Source: an uncultured Alphaproteobacteria bacterium (GTDB taxonomy: Bacteria > Pseudomonadota > Alphaproteobacteria > Rhizobiales > Rhodomicrobiaceae). From it: DNA of 64,000 bases. The translations under genes and the position numbers were made by a program. Location of the stretch: the NCBI GenBank assembly GCA_963785355.1, contig CAWAVJ010000082.1, forward strand, positions 166 to 64,165. The letters run 5' to 3'. Positions within the stretch are counted from its first letter, which is position 1; every line of letters begins with the position of its first letter. This document shows, piece after piece, positions 36,475 to 47,376 of the stretch. The notes under the pieces were generated by a model. It did no database searches. It was not told where the DNA came from and saw only the letters and a program-made list of their open reading frames with translations.

Positions 36475-36489
36475 ACTTGCCGGGCTCGA

Positions 36490-37219
36490 TCAATCCATAT
36501 GGAAATTGATCCTGGCGCGCACGGTGGTCATCGACGTGTCGATGTCGGTTGGGATCGTGTTGGAGGTCGCCGGTCCCGTATAGGTCAGATTGAAATGGTC
36601 CTGCCCGAAATCGTAGTGCAGCACCTCCAGTCCGAACGACAGGCGCGAGCTGTGCATATATTCCAGGCCGCCGCCGGCAACCCAGCCTTGGATCGTGCCG
36701 CTATCCGCGAAGAGCTGGCCGCCGAAATCGACGGAATGGTCCACATTCGCGACCGCGTAGCCGCCCGTGCCGTAGAACAGGACCCTGGGCTGCAGCGTCA
36801 CGCCAAGCCGCCCGCGCAGGCTGAAAGCCTCGTTCACCTGCGTCGACATATTGCCGCCCTCGAAGATGCTTAACGAAGGGCTGCCGGTCTTGAGGAAGTC
36901 CGCATCGGCTTCGATGCCCGCAATCACATGGCCGAATTGAGCGTCGTCAGCCGGCCTGCAACCCGGCGAGCGGGCCTTTGAGGTCCGCGGTGTTCTTGTT
37001 ATCGGCCGCGGGCACCCCTGGAGTGAAATCGTAGATTGCCGAGCCGTCCACGACGCCACCGGCGTTCAACCCCATATAAAAGCCTTGCCACACCGGCAAT
37101 ACCGGCTCGTCTTTGTAGCCGCCGCCCGTGCCAAGATCGGCCGCGAACGCGGAAGCTGCGCAGCAAGACAACAGAGCAAGCACCGGCGCGCCGCGCACAA
37201 AACCTGAAGTACTCCACAT
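36490..37219 (-). CDS. Omp25/Omp31-family outer membrane beta-barrel protein (frameshift near 36950)
   Basis: signal peptide + AADL, WQGFYMG.NAG, LRGRLG, LFYGTGG.A, GWVAGGGLEY, terminal R.NFH. Confidence 0.8.
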
Positions 37220-37452
37220 ATCACCCACCCCTACTTTACCCAACCACCCGGGCGCAAATTAAACGCCGCCTTCATTATTGGACCTAACAAACTAACGCCG
37301 GCTGGCGCAACCGGAAAACCGGCATTTATGCTCGCGCAGAACAGTTTCCAGTCCACAATAAGGAACGCACAACGAACAACAAAAATGCCTATACATGAGC
37401 TGCAGAAATAATAACCCATGCTGCAACCTTACGTATCTACGTAAAAGCGTGC

Positions 37453-37938
37453 TCAAGTCTTTGTTTGCAGCCTGCAATTGTCTTGATATTGCCACTCAGA
37501 CCCAATATAGCGGAAACCAAGCCCCCGCAGCACGCGCCCAATGCTTACCTCGTCGAGCTTCACGCCGAACCGCTGCTTGATCACCGGCGCCAGGTCCGAC
37601 AGCCGCCACCGTGCAACCTCCTGCCGCGCCGGACCGGGACCCGCCAAAACCAGTGCAGCAAGCGCCTTTCTTTGGCTCAGCGTCAGTTTTGCGGGACGCC
37701 CCGAAGGTTTCCTCCGGGAAAGCGCATCTGGCCCGCCGCTGTTGTAACGTTCAACCCAGTCCCTGAGGGTCTGGCGTTCCATGCCGCCGATATATGCGGC
37801 CTCGTTGCGGCTCGCTCCGCGCAGGATCGCGGCGATCGCCCTGAGCCTTCGGGCGAATCCTGGGTCGCTGGCGCATTCCGCCATGCCAATAAGCTTCTCG
37901 GGGCTAAAGTCGCGCCGAACGATAAGGGCCGGTGGCAT
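37453..37938 (-). CDS. winged HTH protein related to the IS630 transposase N-terminus (no DDE domain)
   Basis: RRL.AIA....G.SR.EAA..GGM.RQTLRDWV.RYN..G, GRPAKL, RWRL.DL motifs; own RBS just after the secretin stop. Confidence 0.7.
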   Translation of the reverse strand: MPPALIVRRDFSPEKLIGMAECASDPGFARRLRAIAAILRGASRNEAAYIGGMERQTLRDWVERYNSGGPDALSRRKPSGRPAKLTLSQRKALAALVLAGPGPARQEVARWRLSDLAPVIKQRFGVKLDEVSIGRVLRGLGFRYIGSEWQYQDNCRLQTKT

Positions 37939-37967
37939 TTTTAACTCCTGCACATACTGCGAGCCAA

Positions 37968-40392
37968 CTAGCGAACCTCAAGCTTTGAGTTGCCAAGCTC
38001 CATGCCGATGACATTGCCGGATTTGTCCAATACCGAGTCCGAATTGTTCAGCAGCAGATAAGAGAGCCCTTTCTCTTTGCCTTGCAGCGTCAGCTTTGCG
38101 ATGAGCACATCGGAGCCGTTGTTCTTTGGCGGCGCGACCGTCAACTTCAAGACGCCAGCGGTGCTCCCCTCGGCTTTAACTTGCCCGCGGGCACGGCCGT
38201 CTTCGCCTTCTTCCAACGCCAGCTTGCTTGGGTTGAATAGAACGCTCGTGGTAAACTGCTTGACTGCATCCAGATTGCGCCCGCGAACTTCGATCACGAC
38301 GCGGTCTCCTTGATCGACGCTATAGAGTTCCGTTCCGAAGACAAGCTGAGGCCGTTTGCCGGGGGGCGGGGCAGGGGGCGCTGGCTGCGGGGCGGCGGGA
38401 TCGCCGGCGTCCGCAATCGGGGCCGCGGGCTCCGCATAGGCCGCTTGCTGCGTCCCTTTGGGACCTAGCCGATAGCGCAGCGGCTCGCCGGATGCGGGAG
38501 ATCGCTTCAGGTAGCCATATGCATCTTCAGTCGTGAAATCGTCCTGGCTTCCGCTATAGAAATCGAAGTCTGTGGCGGATGGCTCCCCTGGCTGCCGAAC
38601 CACATGCGCGCAGACGGTCATTACGATCTCGGTTTGGGCGTCCGTGTTGCTGTCGACGGCGAACAAGCGGCCCACGACCCCCAAACTGCTCGCGCCCGGT
38701 ACCTCGCTTAGGGCTCGCCGGTCGTCATCCTGGATGAAGCCGCCCAATATTGCCGCCTCGCCATCCTGCAAGATGAGATGCGTATCGGCATTTCTGGTGC
38801 TTATGCTGTAGGCGGGCTGCTTTGCCGTGCCGAGAATTCTGGCCGAGAGAACTCACCTCGAGCTTGAGTTCGACGGCAACTGAGCCGCCGTCGCCAAGCC
38901 TCGGCAGAGCTTCGATTTTTATGCCGACATCGTGATATTCGAAGGTGGTCTGGGACTGACCCGTCGCTTGCTGGATCGATGCCGAGCGCAGCGGAACTTT
39001 ATCCCCCACGTGGATCGTGGCGGCTTCGCCATCGACCGTTCGAATCCGGGGCTTGGCCAGAGTCTTGGTGTCTACGTCGTTCTTCAGGTAGTTGAGTGTG
39101 GTTGTGGGTAATGTAACGGCTGCGGCGCTGAATACCTGCGCAGGCCCTTGTATGACTGCGAGACTGGTTTGCGGAATCTGCGCGGTGATCTGAGAACCGT
39201 AGTCGATCCCAAGCTCCCTCGATTTTGTGCGATCCACTTCAAGAACTTCGACATCGAGCACGATTTGCGCGCGTGCGCTGTCGTGCACTGCGATTACCCG
39301 CTCGGCAATTTTTAGCGTCTCGCGGTTGGCCCTAATCTGAACGGTGTTTAGCGTCTTATCGGGTATGACCGTCTTGAGTTCCATGGAAGAGGCCAAGATC
39401 TCCGCCATTTTCTCGGCTCTGATCGTCTGCAAATAGAAAGTCTTAAAATAGAGGTCCGTGTATTTTTTCTTTTTATCGTTCTTTGCAACGAGGATGGAGT
39501 TCTGGCCGATTACCTTGTAAAAGCAATCCCCCGATTGCAGAAGCAAATTCAAGGCTTGATAGAAGGTTAATTGTCTTGCGCTAACGCTTACCTCGACATC
39601 TCCCACCGTGGCATCGAAGACAAAATTGAGGTTATAAGGCTTGGCGATGACCAGCAGAGCATCCTTCAACTTGGCACCGCGGAAGTTCAGTTCCAATGGC
39701 GCGCGCGACTCGAATGCCTTGATCGCGTATTTTTCGCCGCGCCGCTCAGCCTCCTGGTCCATCTCTCGAAGAGCGGCCAAAACCTTGGCATTGCCTGTGT
39801 CTATAAACTCGGCCTTCCGGTAAAGCGCCTGCGCCAATCCGGTATCGCCCGCTACTCTAGCGCGCTCGGCGGTGGCGGAGAGCTTAAGCACCTCTTTTCG
39901 CTTCAAAGTGGCAGCCCTAGCCTCGTTCAGGGCCAAATTTGCTGGCTGAGCCGAAAGGCCCACCTCGAATAACCGCACGGCTTCATCGAGATTGCCGGCA
40001 AACCTGGCCTCGGTGCCCGCAACCAAGTAGCGGGTTGCGGCCTCCTCTTCGGCGCGCCTAAGCTCGGCGATGGCCGGCGCGGAACCGGACTGCGACTGTT
40101 TTCGCAGCGAATTTACCTTTTGGAGACCGGCATCCGCAAACTCTTGGCCGCCCTCTACGGTGCTAGATGAAAAACTCTGTCCGAGGATACTCGGGCCGCA
40201 CCCGCCGGAGAGCGAAGCAGCAAGCAGCAAAAGAAAAAGCACGATACCTGAACGTGCCGGGCATAAGCCGGCGCCGCGCAGTAATTTGTTGCGCTGTCGA
40301 ACAGTGGTAAGATGCCCGCTAGAAATAAATTCAGCGTTCAGCTCAAAATCTGATTGCAACGCATTCGGCGGGAACTTTTGTACACAACGCAA
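37968..40392 (-). CDS. TPR-containing GspD-like secretin with C-terminal cohesin-like domain (frameshift near 38835)
   Basis: lipobox-like LAASLSGGC, TPR helices, LNFRGAKL STN-like region, QIVLDVEVLEV, LAKPRIRT.DGE.A.I.VGD, YHDVGIK, GEAAILGG.I; start codon uncertain. Confidence 0.8.
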
Positions 40393-41207
40393 AGCGTCAA
40401 CTCGTTTTAGGTTTTCTTGCCCTTAGCTTCCTGACGCATACTTCGTGCGTCACATGAACTGGAACACGGAAGCGAATGCCACCAACCCAAGTATGCAACT
40501 GCCAACCCTTACCGCTCCCGGATTGCATGGATGGCAAGACAATCGCGTGCCAGAATAAAAAAAACGTTTGTAAAATAGGCACTTGCAATGCCCTGCGACC
40601 AAACTTCACGGTGCGCTATATCTTTGAAAATTTTTTGATAATTTTAACAGAGTGCATGCAGGGGCGCTGCGGAGCGCTGCACATTCACACAATGCTCTGA
40701 CCGCCGGATGCGCGCGAACATATCGGGCAGGCGATTGAACCGCCGGCACCAAAAAGCCCCCGCCAAGGCCAATGCTGCGGCGCAGCCCCCTGGCCAGCGG
40801 TTTTTCCTTCGCACCTTAAATCTTCAGGATTGCGGCCCTGCACGCTCGACTAAACTATGGGCTAAGCCATCGGCTGGACCAAGGAACGCAAAGACACTCG
40901 GGCAATTGCAATTGCTTAGTGAATAGAATGGTGGAGGGGGTTTCCATCTAATGGAAGGCGATATATACGTGTTTTTATTGGCTTTTCTTTGCCTGGCGCT
41001 TTGTTAGATACCCCCATAAATGCCCCCACGAATTGATTGTGCCGGTACGCTCCCAAAATGGAGGGCCCACCGTGAAAGAAATTCCCCCGCGACAAGAACC
41101 GCTTTACCACACCCAGCGCATCGCTGATGGATCTGCGATAGCGTCAGCTCAGGCCGTTTGACGAGTCGCCCCCGAGTAATGCTGCCACTTTAATTCCTCC
41201 GTTCTTA

Positions 41208-41222
41208 TTAAGTATATCTTAA
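41208..41222. promoter_or_regulatory. CtrA-binding site
   Basis: TTAA-gtatatc-TTAA inside palindrome ttattaag-tatat-cttaataa. Confidence 0.45.
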
Positions 41223-41248
41223 TAAATAAGCTAGTTTTTAAAGCCACT

Positions 41249-41262
41249 TTGACAATAGTCAA
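41249..41262. promoter_or_regulatory. FNR/FixK-type box
   Basis: TTGAC-aata-GTCAA ~80 bp upstream of the DUF3141-pta-ackA operon. Confidence 0.65.
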
Positions 41263-41339
41263 CCCAGGTGTATCGGCAACAGTTATCTTATTGATCCGGT
41301 CGCATTATGACAAGCTAACGGTTACATGCGGAGTATACA

Positions 41340-43556
41340 ATGCACGCAATGAGCTTAAGCGTATTAGAGCAACTTTGCGCCGAGACTTTGGAGAGCATGT
41401 CTGCGTCTACCGCAGGAAACGCGTGGTTCGAATATTTGGGCGATGCCTATCAACGGTCGGCTCTTTTTCTCGATATTCTGCGACAGAGGGGCGATCAGCA
41501 AGCAGCGATGGCTGAACGGCCCATGGCAACCGTGCTTCGTTATAAACAGGAGCAACTGATAAGCGGATATTCTTTTCCGCGACCGATGAATTATTCTCTG
41601 TCACGGATTATACCGCCAGAAGGCATGCGGACCAACCCGCGGAAGCGGCCAGTCGTAGTGGTGGACCCGCGCGCGGGGCAAGGACCCGGCATTGGAGGCT
41701 TCAAAAAGGAAAGCGAGATCGGCGATGCCCTCGCGGCGGGCCATGCCGTTTATTTCATCGGCTTCAATGCGGAACCTATTCCGGGTCAGCGTTTCCTCGA
41801 CGTTGTTGAGGGCCAGGTCAAATTCTTTGAGGAAGTCGTAAGACGGCATCCCGAGGCGCCAAAACCAATGGCGATTGGGAACTGTCAGGCCGGCTATCAG
41901 ACACTGATGGTCGCCATGCTTCGCCCGGATCTATTCGGCCCCTGCCTCGTGGTTGGCTCGCCCATGTCCTATTGGCAAGGCGTCCGCGGGAAGAATCCGA
42001 TGCGTTATTCGGGCGGCCTGCTCGGCGGCAGCTGGCTAACCGCGCTTTCAAACGACCTGGGCGCTGGCCTTTTCGATGGTGCCTGGCTGGTCGAGAATTT
42101 CGACAATCTCAATCCAGCCAATTGGCTTTGGGGCAAGCAATATCAGCTTTACGAAAAGGTCGATACCGAGGGTCCCCGCTATCTCGAATTCGAAAAATGG
42201 TGGGGCGATTTCATAAAGATGAATGGCGAAGAAATGCAATATCTTGTGGACGAGTTGTTCGTTGGCGACAAGCTTACCCACAATCAGCTTTTGTCGAGCG
42301 GCGGACAGCTTTTCGATCTCCGCAATATCGCCAGCCCTATAATTTGCTTTACCTCATTTGCTGACGACATCAGTCCGCCGCAGCAAACTCTAGGCTGGGT
42401 TATTGATGTTTTCCGCGATGTTGAAGACATTTATGCCCAGGGCAAGACGATTGTTTATTGCCTCGATCAGAAAGCAGGCCATCTTGCTCTCTTTGTTTCC
42501 TCGCGCGTGGCCGTCAATCAACACGAACAATTCATTCAGCTCATTGATATTATCGATTGTCTTCCACCCGGCCTCTACGAGATGATCGTCACACCGAAGG
42601 ATCGGGGGGAGGCGAGATTAACGCCGGAAAGCAGCGAGGTTACCTTCGAGCCGCGCACTCTCGACGACATTCGCGCTTTCGGACGCAACAGCGCGGAGGA
42701 TGACCGGGCCTTCCAGACCGCCGAGCGGCTTTCCGAGATCAATTACAATACTTACAGGACTTTCTTCCAGGCTGGTATTCGCGCACTCGCCAATCCCCAG
42801 ACAGCCGCTCTGGCACGCGATCTTCATCCGCTGCGGCTCAGCTACAGCCTTTTCACAAGCAAGACCCCCTTTATGCAGGAGGTGTCAAAGCAAGCGGAAG
42901 CAGTTCGCAAGGGGAGGAAGCCTGTAGCTACGAGCAATCCCTTCTGGCAGATGCAGGAGGCCGCGTCGAAGCAGGTTGAAACCGTGCTCAAGGCCTTCGG
43001 CGATACTAGGGACGCGATGGTGGAGCAATTCTTCTTTGCTATCTATGGAATGCCTGCCGTGCAAAGCCTCCTGCAAATGACCGAAGCGGAAAAAGCGACG
43101 AGACGTGCACCCGCATTAACCCACGATCGAGTCGCCGCATGGGAGAAACAAAAATCGGAGCTGGCCGCTAAGCTCAATACAGGCACGTTTGATGACGCCC
43201 TTGTCCGCGCGGGCCTCTACATCATCGGTTCGATGGGCAGCATGAACTCAAGGACTGCCCTCACACTCAATGAAGCGAGGCAGTCGATGACGAGGCTCTC
43301 GCTGGCGGAATTTAAGGCACTGGTGAGAACGCAGGCCTCTATCTTGCGCATTTACAGGGATCAGGCAATTGAAGCTTTGCCTAATCTTGTCCCTTCGGAA
43401 GCAAAGCGAAAAGAGCTTCTACAAACAGTTCGGGCTGGTGCTCTTGCTGTTGGCCCCATTCTGCCGGTCGAGGAGATGTGTCTATCGCGGCTGGCCGAGG
43501 TCCTTGGATTGAGCGGCGAGGCCTCGACTGAGAAAGCCCTCCGCGCGGCTCAGTGA
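41340..43556 (+). CDS. DUF3141 alpha/beta-hydrolase (PHA synthase/depolymerase-like)
   Basis: VVVDPRAG.GPGIGGFK, GNCQAG nucleophile elbow, NPMRYSGG, FEKWWG. Confidence 0.88.
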   Translation: MHAMSLSVLEQLCAETLESMSASTAGNAWFEYLGDAYQRSALFLDILRQRGDQQAAMAERPMATVLRYKQEQLISGYSFPRPMNYSLSRIIPPEGMRTNPRKRPVVVVDPRAGQGPGIGGFKKESEIGDALAAGHAVYFIGFNAEPIPGQRFLDVVEGQVKFFEEVVRRHPEAPKPMAIGNCQAGYQTLMVAMLRPDLFGPCLVVGSPMSYWQGVRGKNPMRYSGGLLGGSWLTALSNDLGAGLFDGAWLVENFDNLNPANWLWGKQYQLYEKVDTEGPRYLEFEKWWGDFIKMNGEEMQYLVDELFVGDKLTHNQLLSSGGQLFDLRNIASPIICFTSFADDISPPQQTLGWVIDVFRDVEDIYAQGKTIVYCLDQKAGHLALFVSSRVAVNQHEQFIQLIDIIDCLPPGLYEMIVTPKDRGEARLTPESSEVTFEPRTLDDIRAFGRNSAEDDRAFQTAERLSEINYNTYRTFFQAGIRALANPQTAALARDLHPLRLSYSLFTSKTPFMQEVSKQAEAVRKGRKPVATSNPFWQMQEAASKQVETVLKAFGDTRDAMVEQFFFAIYGMPAVQSLLQMTEAEKATRRAPALTHDRVAAWEKQKSELAAKLNTGTFDDALVRAGLYIIGSMGSMNSRTALTLNEARQSMTRLSLAEFKALVRTQASILRIYRDQAIEALPNLVPSEAKRKELLQTVRAGALAVGPILPVEEMCLSRLAEVLGLSGEASTEKALRAAQ

Positions 43557-43614
43557 GGTGAACTGCCGTGCGCCACGGTGTGCCTTGCGGGCGGCTGCGA
43601 AAAGGAGCGTCTAA

Positions 43615-44973
43615 ATGGAACGCATTGTAGAAAACAAGACGTTCGACGAAATCCGCCCCGGCGAAACGGCATCGATGCAGCGAAACCTCGCTGCGACGGA
43701 CCTTCGTGCCTGGTCGGTCCTTCTTGGCGACGGCAGCGCCGGCGGCGATCGCTCAAAGGAGGGATCTGCAGCACTAGCAACGGCCCTTCTCTCGTCCCTG
43801 GCTCAATCCGAGCTGCCTGGTGCCGGCTCGGCGATTTGCTCGATTACTCTCGATATGAAGCTTCCGATAAAGCCAGGGGTCATTAGAACAACCCTGTCGG
43901 TCAAGTCAAAACGGCCCGAGCGCGGCACCATTATCCTTGATGGAGTTTCTGCAGATGCATCGGGCAATGTCATTGCAAACGCAGTCCTGGAGGTGGAGGC
44001 GCCTAGGTTAAAGCTGAGGCGCAGCACTGATGAACATTTGCTCGATGGCCTCGTCGAGGAATGCCGGGGGCTGAAACCGATGGTGACTGGCGTGGTCCAT
44101 CCCTGCAGTGCAGGTGCACTCGCAGGCGCTGTCGAGGCTGCTGATGACGGCCTCATTCTTCCGGTGCTCTTCGGACCTGAGCAGGAGATTAGGTCCATGG
44201 CGGAGAAGGCAAATCTCGATATCTCGCGCTTTGAAGCCGTAAACACGGCGGACGCAGCCGAATCTGCGCACCGTGCTGCATTGGCTGCCGGGAGGGGTGA
44301 AGTCCAGGCGCTGATGAAAGGAAGCTTGCACAGCGATGCGTTTCTGCGCGGCGTGCTGGACAAGGACGCAAAGCTGCGCACCGGGCGCCTTCTAAGCCAC
44401 TGCGCGCTAATTGCTGCGCCGGTATATGCAAGGCGCATCATTGTGAGCGACGCAGCTCTCAACATCGCTCCTGACGCCAGTCAAAAGCGCGATATTTGCC
44501 AAAATGCGATTGGCCTTGCACGGGCGCTCGGAATTGAGACGCCGAAAGTCGCGGTATTGGCGGCTATCGAGACCGTGAACGTGAAAATGCAGGCAACCAC
44601 AGACGGGGCGATCCTCGCCAAAATGGCGGATCGCAAGCAAATAGTGGGTGGCATCGTCGATGGCCCGCTTGATCTGGATGCCGCCGTCGATGCTGAGGCT
44701 GCGAAGACCAAGCAGATCGAATCGCCTGTCGCAGGGTGCGCTGACGTCCTTATCGTCCCCAACATCGAAGCGGGCAATCTAGTCTACAAGGACCTGGTCT
44801 TCATGGCCAATGCTCAGTCCGCGGGTCTCGTTGTGGGCGCAAGAGTTCCCGTCATCCTCACCAGCCGGGCCGACAATGCAGAGGCCAGGCGCTTTTCAGC
44901 CGCAGCTGCCGTGATCTACGCGAATGCGGCTTCTCGGGATCCATCCATCCTTATGCCTGAGATTCCGGAGTAA
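43615..44973 (+). CDS. bifunctional MaoC-like enoyl-CoA hydratase / phosphate acetyl(butyryl)transferase
   Basis: ENKTFDEI..G hot-dog N-terminus; ALMKGSLH, DGPL..D.A, PNIEAGN, ILTSRAD. Confidence 0.88.
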   Translation: MERIVENKTFDEIRPGETASMQRNLAATDLRAWSVLLGDGSAGGDRSKEGSAALATALLSSLAQSELPGAGSAICSITLDMKLPIKPGVIRTTLSVKSKRPERGTIILDGVSADASGNVIANAVLEVEAPRLKLRRSTDEHLLDGLVEECRGLKPMVTGVVHPCSAGALAGAVEAADDGLILPVLFGPEQEIRSMAEKANLDISRFEAVNTADAAESAHRAALAAGRGEVQALMKGSLHSDAFLRGVLDKDAKLRTGRLLSHCALIAAPVYARRIIVSDAALNIAPDASQKRDICQNAIGLARALGIETPKVAVLAAIETVNVKMQATTDGAILAKMADRKQIVGGIVDGPLDLDAAVDAEAAKTKQIESPVAGCADVLIVPNIEAGNLVYKDLVFMANAQSAGLVVGARVPVILTSRADNAEARRFSAAAAVIYANAASRDPSILMPEIPE

Positions 44974-44979
44974 GGCGCC

Positions 44980-46164
44980 ATGGAAACAGGCATCGCCGTC
45001 GTCAATTCCGGTTCGACCAGTTTGAAGTTTGCCGTCTACGGTGGCACCCGCCTGGACCTTCTCTCCCGCGGCGTGATCGACAGTATGCAAACAGCCCCTC
45101 ACTTTGTGGTGAAGGATAAGGAGGGGAAACCATTGGCCGCGCACGAGTGGGGCGAGGGTCACGCTATCGATCATGGCAAAGCGCTCGCATTCGCGATCGA
45201 ATGGTTCGAGAAAAACGCGCCAACGGTGAAGATCACAGCAGTCGGGCACCGCGTGGTGCTCGGCGGCGAGCGCTTTGACGGTTCGGCGCTCATAGAGGGC
45301 GATGTGCTCGACTACCTGGAGTCGCTTGCTGTGATGGAGCCCTCCCATCAGCCCTATAACGTGGCTGCGGCCCGAGCCATCGCGAGCAGTTTTCCGGGCT
45401 TGCTTCAAGTGGCGTGTTTCGACACGTCATTTCACCGGACCATGCCTGAAATTGCCCAGATCTACGCCTTGCCGAAAGAGGTGCGCAACGCAGGCGTCCG
45501 TCATTGGGGATTCCATGGACTTTCATACGACTATATCGGCAGGCAGATCCCAAAATATGCACCCGGCGCCAGACGGGTGATCGTTGCACATTTGGGTGGC
45601 GGTGCAAGCATGTGCGCGATGCTTGATGGAAAGAGCATCGAGACGGCGATGGGGTTCGGCGCCCTCTCCGGACTACCTATGGCGACGAGGTCTGGGGACG
45701 TTCCACCAGAGGCTCTCTTCTATCTATTGCGAAGCAAACTCTACGATCGAGCCGCGCTCGAAAACGTCCTCTATCAAAAGTCAGGGCTGCTTGGGCTTTC
45801 AGAGATGAGCGGCGACATGCGTGAACTCGAAAACCACGACGATCAGAGCGCGAAACTCGCCTTCGATTACTTCGTATACTGTATCGTGAAGTATACCGGC
45901 GCCTATACCTCTGTTTTAGGAGGCCTGGACGCGCTCGTTTTTACGGCCGGTATCGGCGAAAACTCGGCCGCGGTGCGGGCGGCTGCCTGCGGGAAACTTA
46001 GCTGGCTTGGCGTAGCAATCGACCCGGCAGCGAACAGAAAGAATGGGCCACTCATCTCGGCCAAAGACAGCGATGTTTCCGTGTGGGTCATTCCCACAGA
46101 CGAGGAACTGATGATCGCGATGCACACCCAAGCACTGGCGGCGGCAAACAAGGTCTGCTGCTAA
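44980..46164 (+). CDS. ackA: acetate/propionate kinase
   Basis: NSGSTSLK, GHRVV.GG, FDTSFH, GFHGLSY, FTAGIGEN, PTDEELMIA. Confidence 0.92.
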   Translation: METGIAVVNSGSTSLKFAVYGGTRLDLLSRGVIDSMQTAPHFVVKDKEGKPLAAHEWGEGHAIDHGKALAFAIEWFEKNAPTVKITAVGHRVVLGGERFDGSALIEGDVLDYLESLAVMEPSHQPYNVAAARAIASSFPGLLQVACFDTSFHRTMPEIAQIYALPKEVRNAGVRHWGFHGLSYDYIGRQIPKYAPGARRVIVAHLGGGASMCAMLDGKSIETAMGFGALSGLPMATRSGDVPPEALFYLLRSKLYDRAALENVLYQKSGLLGLSEMSGDMRELENHDDQSAKLAFDYFVYCIVKYTGAYTSVLGGLDALVFTAGIGENSAAVRAAACGKLSWLGVAIDPAANRKNGPLISAKDSDVSVWVIPTDEELMIAMHTQALAAANKVCC

Positions 46165-46176
46165 AGGAGCAGTATC

Positions 46177-47376
46177 ATGCCGGCAAAGGATTTCGGACTA
46201 TTCTCCAAAAGGGTAAAGCATGCCCCCGCGCAAAGGCTAGGGTCAACCCGCAAATGCCAATTCCTGCCTTCGACTGCCGCGACACTCTTGTTGGCTGCTT
46301 TTCTCACCCTGGGCGTTTTTGCCGATTGGGGTTCGAACGGCGGCTTTTTTGTTCCGGCGGCCAACGCCCAGCCCAAGCCCGAGGACGTCGAGAAGTTTAA
46401 GAAAGACGTCCAAAAGTTTCAGGAAGACGTTCAGAAGAAGTTCCACACGCTGCTTGAGAAATTGCGCGGCAGCGACCTGCCGGACGGAACTCGCGAAAAC
46501 GAACGGGAGAATCGAGGCAACGGAGATCGACATCTCACCCAAATATGCCGGCCGGCTCGAAAGCGTGGACGTCAACGAGGGTGATGAGGTCAAGGCCGGA
46601 CAGGTGCTCGCACGCATATCGTCACCCGAGTACGAAGCGCAGCTCCGCAATGTGCAGGCGAATGTGCTGGTCGCCAAAAGTGCATTGGCCTCAGCTGAGG
46701 CCAAGGTCGCCCAGGCCAAAGCCGATCTGGTCTACGCCCAGGCGGACCTGGAACGGGGCAAAATACTTGTCGAGCAGGGATGGCTAACCAAGCAGATTTT
46801 CGATCAGCGGGTGGATAAAGCCAGACGCAGGCAAAGCGGCTCTGGACGCCGCAGAAAAGACGCGTGAAGCGGCAAGGGCCACTGTCCTCTCCACCGAGGC
46901 CGAGGTGGAGCAGGATTAGCTCGATCCTGGCGGATCTTACACTCTTGGCGCCTCGCGACGGCAGGGTTCAATATAAGATCCATCGTTCTGGGGAGGTCGT
47001 TAACGCAGGAACACGAATCCTTCAGATCCTCGATCTGAACGACGTCTACATGACGATCTATCTGCCGGCCGCGCAAGCCGGCAAGCTCGCGCTCGGGGAC
47101 GAGGCGCGTACGATCCTCGATCCGTACCCTGACTTGGTACTTCCGGCAAAGGTGAGCTTTGTCGCCACGGAAGCGCAGTTTACGCCGAAACCCGTCGAAA
47201 CGGCAGCGGAGCGGGAAAAATTGATGTTTCGAGTTAAGCTTCAGGCCGATCCCGAAGTGCTCAGGAAATATCATTCTGAAGTTAAGACCGGAATTCGCGG
47301 CATGGGGTTTGTCAGGACCGGCCCCCGCGTCCAGTGGCCAGAAAACCTCGCGGTGAAGCTTCCCAATGGCGGATGA
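46177..47376 (+). CDS. HlyD/YhiI-family membrane fusion protein (several frameshifts)
   Basis: NGRIEATEIDISPKYAGR, V.EGD.VKAGQ, APRDGRV, AQFTPK.VET..ER.KLMFRVK across three ORFs. Confidence 0.8.

Noticed and set aside
41200-41230. dif/Xer site
   Set aside because: Arms do not match XerC/XerD consensus; better explained as a CtrA-type palindrome.
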